Made by a program: the position numbers and the translations under genes. A DNA stretch of 24,000 nucleotides. Origin: Eubacteriales bacterium (GTDB lineage Bacteria > Bacillota > Clostridia > Oscillospirales > CAG-272). Within the stretch, counting starts at the first letter, position 1. Each line of letters begins with the position of its first letter. The DNA is taken from the NCBI GenBank assembly GCA_045636385.1, contig JAZTXK010000030.1, positions 37,578-61,577 on the forward strand. Direction: 5' to 3'. Shown one piece after another: positions 1 through 7,954 of this stretch. The notes beneath the pieces are model-generated. The model was not told the origin of the DNA and made no database searches. It was given only the letters and a program-made list of their open reading frames with translations.

Positions 1-173
1 CCGTCGGTACTGAGGCGATCATTGATACTATCTTTGCAATCGTAGTTACCGCTGTCGGACTTGTATTTTCGGCAACCAAGCTCAAATTCCAGCGCTGGGA
101 GGGCGGCGTGTTCGTGGCTACTTACGTGGTTTACCTCACCTACATGATCCTCCGCGCATACGCGATTATTTAA
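1..173 (+). CDS. 3' fragment of a CaCA-family (YrbG-like) Na+/Ca2+ exchanger; the 5' end lies outside the window
   Basis: Frame 3 is open from the window edge to TAA 171-173. The tail ...IDTIFAIVVTAVGLVFSATKLKFQRWEGGVFVATYVVYLTYMILRAYAII parallels the C-terminus of the full-length exchanger at 401-1393. Confidence 0.6.
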   Translation, partial: VGTEAIIDTIFAIVVTAVGLVFSATKLKFQRWEGGVFVATYVVYLTYMILRAYAII

Positions 174-185
174 ATTAATATGAAA

Positions 186-216
186 ATAAGGAGCCTCGTT
201 TGGCTCCTTATTTTTG
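186..216 (+). terminator. Rho-independent terminator
   Basis: Stem AAGGAGCC (188-195) pairs with GGCTCCTT (202-209) and is followed by ATTTTT. Confidence 0.7.
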
Positions 217-310
217 TATTCGATCTGTGTTACCGAAGAGTATGCAGAAAAGCGAATTTGATAATTTTGTAAATAATATGATACACGGATATGTAAATCC
301 GGCTTTACAG

Positions 311-339
311 TTGACAAATTGCGGTTTTTGTAGTATAAT
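311..339 (+). promoter_or_regulatory. Sigma-A type promoter for the exchanger gene
   Basis: TTGACA (311-316), 17-nt spacer, TATAAT (334-339). Confidence 0.6.
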
Positions 340-400
340 GTTCAAGTTAATATTAAAATATGAAGAAAAAAAGCGACTACATCGCGGAAAGCAGGTAAAA

Positions 401-1393
401 ATGAACATTTTTCTCGCAATTCTTGCGCTCGTCGGCGGTTTCGTGGCTCTTATCAAGGGCGCGGACTGGTTCGTTGAAGGTTCTTCGAGCGTAGCAAAGC
501 TTCTCAAGGTTCCCACCATCGTTATCGGTCTTACCGTCGTTGCGCTCGGAACAAGCCTTCCCGAGGCATCGGTTTCGATCAGCTCGGCTCTCAAGGGCGC
601 AAACTCGCTCGCGATCAGTAACGTAGTCGGATCGAATATCTTCAATACCCTCGTCGTTCTCGGCGCGAGTGCACTTATCGTTCCCGTTTGCGTACAGCCC
701 GGCTCGGTTAAGAAGGAGATCCCCTTCTCGATCCTTTGCACCTTCGCACTTCTCGGCTCGCTTTTCCTCGGTGCAGGTGTTGCAATTCCTGCAAACGGTG
801 ATAAGACCGTAAATACATATACCCTTACCCGTGTTGGAGGTCTTGTACTTATCGCTCTCTTTGCATTCTATATGTACTGGCAGATCAGCGCGGCAATGAA
901 GGCACGCAAGGCAGGTGAGCTTGAAGAGGAAGATGACGTTAAGATCATGTCCCCCCTCAAGTCCGTGATCGCTATCGTTGGCGGTGTTGCTTGCATCATC
1001 ATCGGCGGTAACTTCGTTGTTGAAGGCGCATCCGCTATCGCAATGAAATTCGGTATGAGCGAGACCCTCGTAGGTATGACCATCGTTGCTATCGGTACGT
1101 CCCTCCCCGAGCTTGTAACCTCTATGGTTGCGGCTAAGAAGGGCGAGAGCGACCTCGCACTCGGTAACGCTATCGGCTCGAATATCTTCAATATCGTATT
1201 CATCCTCGGCTTCAGCGCACTTATCTCCCCCATGACGGTAGATATCCTCGCTATCATCGACACCATCGCTGTTATCGGCGTCAGCGCGCTCACCCTCGGC
1301 TTCGCCGCTACCGGCAAGAAGATCTCCCGCGTAGAAGGTGCGATCATGATCGCGGCGTACGTTGGATACTTCGTATATATGTTCTTAAGATAA
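401..1393 (+). CDS. CaCA-family Na+/Ca2+ (K+-dependent type, YrbG-like) exchanger
   Basis: 331-aa multi-pass membrane protein. It has two alpha-repeat signatures (LGTSLPEASVS and IGTSLPELVTS) and a family-typical N-terminus MNIFLAILALVGGFVALIKGADWFVEG. ATG 401 follows GGAAAGCAGG. The ORF-track extension 200-400 runs over a terminator and a promoter, so it was trimmed. Confidence 0.85.
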   Translation: MNIFLAILALVGGFVALIKGADWFVEGSSSVAKLLKVPTIVIGLTVVALGTSLPEASVSISSALKGANSLAISNVVGSNIFNTLVVLGASALIVPVCVQPGSVKKEIPFSILCTFALLGSLFLGAGVAIPANGDKTVNTYTLTRVGGLVLIALFAFYMYWQISAAMKARKAGELEEEDDVKIMSPLKSVIAIVGGVACIIIGGNFVVEGASAIAMKFGMSETLVGMTIVAIGTSLPELVTSMVAAKKGESDLALGNAIGSNIFNIVFILGFSALISPMTVDILAIIDTIAVIGVSALTLGFAATGKKISRVEGAIMIAAYVGYFVYMFLR

Positions 1394-1394
1394 A

Positions 1395-2306
1395 ATGGCA
1401 TTTCAGCAGGTTAATTTAACCGATTGCAATATGACCGCGACGGATGCGGTAAAGGATCGCGCACCGAGCATTCTTCCTTCTGATAAGAATTGGAAGCTCG
1501 TCTGGAACGATGAGTTTGACGGCGCGGCACTCGACGAGAGCAAGTGGAACTACCGCCTCAATTTCTGGGGCTACCGTTCACCCGCTTTCACCACAGAGGG
1601 CGTCGAGGTCAGCGACGGAACGCTGAAGATCAATCTTCTGCGCAAGGGCGACGATTTCTGCTCCGCGCATCTGCAGACGGGCGGACTTACCTTCGACAAT
1701 CCCCGCGACGAGACCTCGCGCAACTTCTGGTCATTCGGCAAGAAGGATCCCGCGAAGTTTATGCATAAATACGGCTTTTACGAGATCAGATGCCGTCTGC
1801 CCAAGTGCGACGGCTGGCACGCCGCTTTCTGGCTTCAGGCACCCGGCATCGGTTCGCATCCCGACCCCGAGGTTGCGGGAGTTGAGTGCGATATTATGGA
1901 AAATTACCGTCAGCATAAATTCGGCACTATGATCTGCGGCAACGGCTGGGGCGGTTACGGCGCGGAAAGCGAATGGGCAGGTCATTTCGAATTTCCCCTT
2001 GAGGAAACCGAGGACGGCTGGCATCGCTACGCCGTGGATTGGACTCCCGAGGGATATACCTTCTACGCCGACGGTAAGCTCGTCGGACGCCAGATGGCTC
2101 CCGAATGCCCCGTTTCGCGCGTCGAGCAGTTTATCCTCGTCTCGACCGAATGTCACGGCTACAACCGCGTGTTCAAGAAGAGCGGAGAAGCGGGCGAGTC
2201 GACCGATAAGGGCTGCTGCGCAGGCGATCCCGTTCCCGAGCTCTTCGATGCAATCCTCCCCGACGTCTTCGAGGTCGATTACGTCAGAGTTTTTGATTCG
2301 ATATAA
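1395..2306 (+). CDS. Glycoside hydrolase family 16 (beta-glucanase/laminarinase-like), no signal peptide
   Basis: WNDEFDG...LDESKWNY N-terminal block and catalytic ExDxxE motif (ECDIME, nt 1884-1901). The start is 1 nt after the exchanger stop. The start codon is uncertain because there is no clear SD; an alternative ATG lies at 1431. Confidence 0.8.
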   Translation: MAFQQVNLTDCNMTATDAVKDRAPSILPSDKNWKLVWNDEFDGAALDESKWNYRLNFWGYRSPAFTTEGVEVSDGTLKINLLRKGDDFCSAHLQTGGLTFDNPRDETSRNFWSFGKKDPAKFMHKYGFYEIRCRLPKCDGWHAAFWLQAPGIGSHPDPEVAGVECDIMENYRQHKFGTMICGNGWGGYGAESEWAGHFEFPLEETEDGWHRYAVDWTPEGYTFYADGKLVGRQMAPECPVSRVEQFILVSTECHGYNRVFKKSGEAGESTDKGCCAGDPVPELFDAILPDVFEVDYVRVFDSI

Positions 2307-2313
2307 TAAAAAT

Positions 2314-2352
2314 TCTCGGATATCTGAACATATCAGATATCCGAGATTCTTT
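2314..2352. terminator. Bidirectional terminator between convergent genes
   Basis: 14-bp perfect stem TCTCGGATATCTGA (2314-2327) pairs with TCAGATATCCGAGA (2333-2346). A-run upstream and T-run downstream. Confidence 0.75.
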
Positions 2353-3117
2353 TTATTTGTAAATTCTTCTTCCGATCTCGTCAAGATAAGCGATAAGCTC
2401 GTGCGGGTCGTTGGCGGTGATGTTGGTGAACCCGAATTTCATACAACGCTCTGCCGCCTCGCGGGAGTCTGCGTGGTAGCCCCAAGCCTGAATGCCGCGC
2501 TCGTCGAGCATTTTTACAAGCGCCACGATCTCCTCATCCGACATACTCATCGGCACGCCCATACCGTACATACGGTCGAGCACGCGGGGATCGTAGTGCT
2601 TCATCTTGACGGGCGGCTGTCCTTGCGTTTTAACGTGAGGATAGTGATCCTGAACGTAGAGAAGAGTCTGTGCATCAAAGCTTGCAATTACCGAACGCTC
2701 AAGCAGACCGTATTTTTCGAGCAGCGCGATCGCTACGTCAACAACGTGCGGACGCTGTTCCTTGATCTCAACGTTGAGCACCATATGCGCGGGGGCTTCG
2801 TCACGGATGCACTCAAGAGCCTCCTCAAAGGTGGGCACGCGCTCGCCGGGGAAACCGAATTTAACACCCGCATCGAGAGCCTTTACCTCTTCGAGCGTCT
2901 TGAACCAGACAGACCCCGTGCCGTCGGTGGTGCGGTCGACCATACTGTCGTGCATAACGATCATAACGTCGTCGCGTGTGAGCTGAATATCAAATTCAAG
3001 CACGTCAACGCCGAGCTTGAACGCCTCGCGGAAGGATATAAGAGTGTTTTCGGGCATATATTTCTGACATCCTCTGTGACCCGTAACACCGAGCTTTTCT
3101 TTGTTCTGATCCCACAT
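2353..3117 (-). CDS. Glycerophosphodiester phosphodiesterase (GDPD family)
   Basis: GHRG...PENTLISFREA...GVDVLEFDIQLTRDDVMIVMHDSMVDRTTDGTG. ATG at 3117 is preceded by AGGAGGA. The ORF-track start at 3243 was rejected. Confidence 0.85.
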   Translation of the reverse strand: MWDQNKEKLGVTGHRGCQKYMPENTLISFREAFKLGVDVLEFDIQLTRDDVMIVMHDSMVDRTTDGTGSVWFKTLEEVKALDAGVKFGFPGERVPTFEEALECIRDEAPAHMVLNVEIKEQRPHVVDVAIALLEKYGLLERSVIASFDAQTLLYVQDHYPHVKTQGQPPVKMKHYDPRVLDRMYGMGVPMSMSDEEIVALVKMLDERGIQAWGYHADSREAAERCMKFGFTNITANDPHELIAYLDEIGRRIYK

Positions 3118-3150
3118 AATACTGTCCTCCTGTGGCGATTGTTTGGAATA

Positions 3151-3179
3151 ATTATAGCATAAAACGGTGGGATTGTAAA
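3151..3179 (-). promoter_or_regulatory. Promoter of the GDPD gene
   Basis: Minus strand reads TTTACA, 17 nt, TATAAT, with TTTTATGC immediately upstream of the -10 (TRTG -16 motif). Confidence 0.6.
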
Positions 3180-3202
3180 GTGAGCTCCGCGAAATTCCCG
3201 TA

Positions 3203-3231
3203 TAGACAAACTCAAAAATATATGATATAAT
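3203..3231 (+). promoter_or_regulatory. Candidate promoter of the sigma-factor gene, back-to-back with the GDPD promoter
   Basis: TAGACA (3203-3208), 17 nt, TGaTATAAT (extended -10, TATAAT 3226-3231). Confidence 0.5.
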
Positions 3232-3340
3232 ATTTTTGCACAAAAATAAAAAAATTCCTCTCTCAATCCAACCCGCGGACGTTTACTTGACACTAACAGA
3301 TGAACGTTCAAAAAGGAATAAACCGAAAGGAGAACGCGAA

Positions 3341-6300
3341 TTGAATTATAAGACTCAAAATGACGAAACCCTCGTGATGCTGACGCTTGCGGGCGACGGG
3401 GAAGCATTCGAAGCACTTGTGCTCCGACATCAGAATGCCGTCATCGGTGCGGCGGCTTCGGTTACGCACAATCGCTTTATGGCAGAGGATGCCTCGCAGG
3501 ATGCATTCGTCACCGCGTGGATGAAGCTCGATAGCCTCTCCGAACCCTCAAAATTTCTCGCCTGGGTATGCAAGATCGCAATGTTCAGCGCGAAGAACAC
3601 CGTCCGCCGTTACCGCCCGTTCGCACCGATCGAGGATATTGAAAAGTACGCGGACGTCACCGACTACTCGCAGGATCCCGCCGAACTCTACGCGATCTCC
3701 GAGGAAAAGGAGGAGCTTCACCGCACCGTCCTCTCGCTCCCCGAGCGGGTTCGGCGCGTGATCACGCTCCACTACTTCGAGGAGCTTTCGGTTACCGAGA
3801 TAGCCGAAAAAATGCAAATTTCGGTCGGCACCGTCAAATCACAGCTCTTTGAGGGCAGACGAAAATTGAGAAAGGAACTTTGTGCAATGAATGAAAAGGC
3901 AAACGACACTCTCGTAGAGAGAGTAATGAAAAAGGTCGAGGAGCTGGAGCTCTGGCAGATCAAAAACGATAAAAGCGGCTTCGGGTCGGTCTATTCCGAG
4001 GTGCTCGCCGAAGTTGAAAACCTTCCCGAATGCAAGGATAAGTACCACGCCCTCGCCGACGTCCTCGCGCGCGGCTGGTGGTGGCTCCCCGGCAAGAAAA
4101 ACGAGGAACTCTTCGCCCGCATCAAGGAAGCGGCACTGATCGGTAAAAATGATGAGATAATGCGGTTTATCATACTGCGTGAGGCATCGGGGAAGAGCAC
4201 GGACAAGCGCGCGGACTTTATCCGTGGCGAGCAGATCCCCGAGCTTGAGAAGGCGGGCTTCGTCGGTGCGCTTGCATTTGCCCACTTCCGCCTCGGATAC
4301 AGAGATATGATGGATAAGAAATATGAGGAAAGCCGTGAGTCCTTCGGAAAGGCGCTCTCGCTCGTCGGTACGGACGACATGGTGCATGCTCTCGCATCAA
4401 ACGCGCTCATATTCCTTGATAGAATGGCAGAAGGATTCGGAGATGCGGACAAACATGATTACCGCATCGACGTCAACGCAAACAAACTGAAGATCATAGA
4501 CGGTGAGCCAAGATTCTGGAATAACGACGTCTTTGACGCGGGTTGGATGAATTCGGGCGCAAATATGGACAGTAAGCTTTTCGAAGCTGCGGGCGCTTGC
4601 GACGGTTATTTCTTCTCCGATCTTGCCGTCGCCGAGAGCTACACGGCAAGCGACGGCTCGACTCTCACCTATATTTCTGACAAAGAGCACGTCGAAGTTC
4701 CCGCAGGAGTTTTTGAGGACTGCCAAGTCTGGGAGTCGAAGGTCTATAAAAGCTGGGAGGGCACAACCTATTTCAGAGTTTATTACAAGGAAGGCGTCGG
4801 AATCGTCAAATACGAGAACAGACTCGACGGTATCATCGATACGGCTTACCTTACCTCTTATGAAATAAAAGGCGGCTCGGGTATTCTTCCTCTCGCTGTC
4901 GGCAACAAGTGGGAATATTCACTTGACGCAAAGCCCGAACATCTCAAAACGCTTGACCGATACGTGGTCACTCACTTTGATGGAGAAAGCGCCATTATCT
5001 CGGGTTACAACGAAGCCGAACGCTTGGGTTACGACGAGTCATCATGGCTTGAGATGATCGAATACGTAAGGAACAACTATTTCAAGCAGGACGAAAAGGG
5101 TAACTATCACGTTTGCGACGTTTATAGGCAGATCGATCTCACCGAAAAACTCGCAGTCACGCCGATGGAAAAGCTTCACAGCCGTGTCGCCGCATCTGTC
5201 GCCAGGCGTATTCTTGACACCAATGATACTCTGCACCCCGATACGAAAGTCATGGGGCATTGGAATTTCTTCAAAAAGTCGGCTCTGCACGAATCAAACG
5301 GCGAATATACGCTGACTTATGACAGCCGCTTCTCGTTTGAGCTCAAGCGCGGAAGCGCCGGGAATGCAGTTGACGGTCTGCTCTTCAACCATATGTACGG
5401 TATTTTGCAGGATGCGACCAAATGCCTTTGGTCGGATACTTGGGTCATCGGTGCAACTCCCGTTGTAGAATATGACTCATACGGTGAAAAGCACATCAAG
5501 ACGACGATATCCGTCGAGGATGGCGGAATCATCACTACAAAGGCGGGTACGTTTGATAATTGTATCAAGCTCTCGCTCAAAATCGACGGTATGAGGGACG
5601 GATGGTCGTACCGTGGAGGAAACAAGGAATACTACTTTGCCGAGGGAATCGGCATCGTCCGCACTGTCAACGAATACGCAAGCGGAACGAAAAACGCGGT
5701 TTATGAGCTTTCGTTCTACGAGGGTGTCGGCAAAGGATATATGCCCTTTGAGGACGGAATGGTGCGCTTCTATGAGGCGGTCAACCTCACGGACGGATAC
5801 TACGGCGCTGTGGAATACACTTATATGCGTAACGAGGATGGCGGCATCAACGTCTTTGAGGATATGACGGGTATCCGCAATATCCCCGCTCCTGTGACGG
5901 AATACGAATTCGTCGAGCGCGAGGTAATCGAGGAACAGATCTGGGATGAAAAGAAACTACCCGAGGCGCGTCTGCGTAATGCCGCAAACAATCTTCAGCT
6001 TATGCTTCACTTCCTTTCGCGCAACAGCCGCTCATGGAAATACGCGCCGAGGGGCAGAGCGTGGGCAAAATACCGCATCAAGATGATAGAAAATATGCTC
6101 CTGACCGATGAGGGCGAGATCGCTCCTGCGTGGCTCGGTGTTTATGCCGATATGCACTTTATGGCGGCTTGCACTACATTCGGATGCAAAAAGCCCGAGC
6201 TTAAGGACGAGGCTTACGCTTATCTCGAGCGTGCGTTCGAGCTTGCGCCTCGGTGGTTTAAGATCGCGGACGGTACGCTTCTCGATGTAGGCGACAGCGA

Positions 6301-6532
6301 AATTTACGGAGGCATCAAGCTCAAAAAGGGAGAGGAGAGTGTACTTATCTTACCCGACGGCACACGCGAAGCCTACGACAGCGAGTGGTTTGTCAATCTG
6401 ATGAATCCCGCACGCTTCTATAACGCTATGATCGCTCCGAAGGGTTGGGAATGGTTCAACTCGGCTCGCGATGATGAGAGATATAAGGAGTACGTCGAGC
6501 GGGCGAGAGAGCTGATGGAGAAGTATAGCTGA
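3341..6532 (+). CDS. ECF-type sigma-70 family sigma factor fused to a large (~870 aa) soluble C-terminal region of unknown function
   Basis: Region 2 (EDASQDAFVTAWMKL...FLAWVCKIAMFSAKN) and region 4 HTH (LPERVRRVITLHYFEELSVTEIAEKMQISVGTVKSQLFEGRRKL) lie in the first ~190 aa. TTG 3341 is 8 nt after AAAGGAG. The ORF then continues to 6532 with no TM-length hydrophobic stretch. Confidence 0.8.
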   Translation: MNYKTQNDETLVMLTLAGDGEAFEALVLRHQNAVIGAAASVTHNRFMAEDASQDAFVTAWMKLDSLSEPSKFLAWVCKIAMFSAKNTVRRYRPFAPIEDIEKYADVTDYSQDPAELYAISEEKEELHRTVLSLPERVRRVITLHYFEELSVTEIAEKMQISVGTVKSQLFEGRRKLRKELCAMNEKANDTLVERVMKKVEELELWQIKNDKSGFGSVYSEVLAEVENLPECKDKYHALADVLARGWWWLPGKKNEELFARIKEAALIGKNDEIMRFIILREASGKSTDKRADFIRGEQIPELEKAGFVGALAFAHFRLGYRDMMDKKYEESRESFGKALSLVGTDDMVHALASNALIFLDRMAEGFGDADKHDYRIDVNANKLKIIDGEPRFWNNDVFDAGWMNSGANMDSKLFEAAGACDGYFFSDLAVAESYTASDGSTLTYISDKEHVEVPAGVFEDCQVWESKVYKSWEGTTYFRVYYKEGVGIVKYENRLDGIIDTAYLTSYEIKGGSGILPLAVGNKWEYSLDAKPEHLKTLDRYVVTHFDGESAIISGYNEAERLGYDESSWLEMIEYVRNNYFKQDEKGNYHVCDVYRQIDLTEKLAVTPMEKLHSRVAASVARRILDTNDTLHPDTKVMGHWNFFKKSALHESNGEYTLTYDSRFSFELKRGSAGNAVDGLLFNHMYGILQDATKCLWSDTWVIGATPVVEYDSYGEKHIKTTISVEDGGIITTKAGTFDNCIKLSLKIDGMRDGWSYRGGNKEYYFAEGIGIVRTVNEYASGTKNAVYELSFYEGVGKGYMPFEDGMVRFYEAVNLTDGYYGAVEYTYMRNEDGGINVFEDMTGIRNIPAPVTEYEFVEREVIEEQIWDEKKLPEARLRNAANNLQLMLHFLSRNSRSWKYAPRGRAWAKYRIKMIENMLLTDEGEIAPAWLGVYADMHFMAACTTFGCKKPELKDEAYAYLERAFELAPRWFKIADGTLLDVGDSEIYGGIKLKKGEESVLILPDGTREAYDSEWFVNLMNPARFYNAMIAPKGWEWFNSARDDERYKEYVERARELMEKYS

Positions 6533-6553
6533 CAAATTCCGTTGATATTAATG

Positions 6554-6583
6554 AAAGAATCCGAGCCGTGGCTCGGATTCTTT
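6554..6583. terminator. Bidirectional terminator between convergent genes
   Basis: AAAGAATCCGAGC (6554-6566), CGTG loop, GCTCGGATTCTTT (6571-6583). Confidence 0.8.
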
Positions 6584-6587
6584 ATAA

Positions 6588-7379
6588 TTATAACTTATCG
6601 TGCTTGATCCCCGAATTAATGAACCCAACCTGCTTGAAGTCCTTCGGGTTATGGCGGATTATGTAGTCGATATAGGAATCGACGAGCTCGGCGGTGAAGA
6701 GGTATCCGTCGGGGGTCATGTGGCCGTGGAGGAAGAAACGCTCGTGGAATTCCTTGCCGTAAAGCGGGCCGTATTTGTAGAGGTCGATGACGTATGAGTT
6801 ATCGAAAAGCTCCGCCATTTTGTAAAGCAGATCGATCATTGCGTGGGTTATCTCCTCGCGGTCGGCTCTGTCGGAGCGCGGGAAGGTTACGAAGAAGAAT
6901 TTTGCCTCGGGGCTGATCTCCTTGTAGCGGCTGACGATCGCGCCGTAATATCCGGCGAAGGTTTCCTTGTTATTGCGCCAATCCGAGAGGTCGATGTCCT
7001 CGATCGAGCCGAGCTCCCACTTCTTGTTGTAGAGATCGTTGACTCCCAGAGCGATAACGTACGCCTGACAAGCCTTATCCTTGTCCCAGAAGCCGCGGGA
7101 CTCGGCAAAGGACTCAATATACACCTTTGCGGTCATGCCGCCCTTGGAGAAATTATAAGCCTTGAGGCCGTTCTTGCGCGCGATAAACTGACCCCAGGAG
7201 TAGTCGTAGAGGTCGTGATAATGCGCCTTGCCCGCCTCGTCGCGCGTTTCAAACTCGCCCGAGGAAAGGCTGTCGCCGATGAAACCGATAGTTCTGAATA
7301 TGCTTGTTCTGCTGTAACCCTCGACGAGTCTGTCAAGCGGCTGTTCGTTTTCGGGGTAGAGATAATTGTTCCAGTCCAT
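6588..7379 (-). CDS. SGNH/GDSL-family hydrolase (esterase/lipase-like)
   Basis: Block I GDSLSSG, block III GVND and a C-terminal HGHMTPDGY block. SD AAGGAGAA. Last gene of the operon. Confidence 0.8.
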   Translation of the reverse strand: MDWNNYLYPENEQPLDRLVEGYSRTSIFRTIGFIGDSLSSGEFETRDEAGKAHYHDLYDYSWGQFIARKNGLKAYNFSKGGMTAKVYIESFAESRGFWDKDKACQAYVIALGVNDLYNKKWELGSIEDIDLSDWRNNKETFAGYYGAIVSRYKEISPEAKFFFVTFPRSDRADREEITHAMIDLLYKMAELFDNSYVIDLYKYGPLYGKEFHERFFLHGHMTPDGYLFTAELVDSYIDYIIRHNPKDFKQVGFINSGIKHDKL

Positions 7380-7390
7380 TGTTTTTCTCC

Positions 7391-7954
7391 TTACTGCGGA
7401 TTTATAAGACCGTTTAGCAGCCAGCGTCCGTTTTTGAGCTCGAGAATGACGATGGCGCAGTTTGAGCAGACAAAATTGGTTGTATTAACGTTTGCGGAAA
7501 AAAGTATTGAGAGAGTTGTACGCAAAATGCCCGCGTGTGTGAATGCGGCAACGGTGTCGCATTCGAGCGACTTGACTTTGTCGAGAAATTCCGTGGCGCG
7601 GGCGCGGAGCTCGGCGTTGCTCTCACCGCCGAATGCAGTGAAGCCGTCAACAATCAGCTTTCTTTCTTCGGAATCGGCGGGCAGGAAGGGCTGGTGAGCG
7701 AGAGAGCCGAGGTTTATTTCACGCAAAAGCGGGGTGGTTTCGTAAACGCAACCGGGGATGGCGGTTTCTGCGGTCTTCATAGCGCGGATGAGGTCGCTTG
7801 AATAGATCTTGTCGAATTTGATACCCGAAAGTATCGGTCTGATGCCCTCGGCATCGCGCACACCCTTTTCGGTCAGATTGACCTGCGACCAACCCGTGTA
7901 ATGACCTGCGAGATTTGTCTCGCTCTCGCCGTGTCTTATGAGATAAAGCTTCAT
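7391..7954 (-). CDS. Histidine phosphatase family protein (phosphoglycerate mutase-like)
   Basis: N-terminal LIRHGESETN catalytic motif and a later THAG block. The start overlaps the upstream stop (ATGA at 7951-7954). Confidence 0.85.
   Translation of the reverse strand: MKLYLIRHGESETNLAGHYTGWSQVNLTEKGVRDAEGIRPILSGIKFDKIYSSDLIRAMKTAETAIPGCVYETTPLLREINLGSLAHQPFLPADSEERKLIVDGFTAFGGESNAELRARATEFLDKVKSLECDTVAAFTHAGILRTTLSILFSANVNTTNFVCSNCAIVILELKNGRWLLNGLINPQ

Noticed and set aside
1999-3162. 387-aa ORF on the plus strand; similar long antisense ORFs occur at 6843-7697, 13087-13905, 1731-2384 and 868-1401
   Set aside because: All overlap motif-supported genes on the opposite strand or in another frame, and all encode low-complexity Ser/Arg/Ala-rich products. 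They are treated as non-coding shadows.
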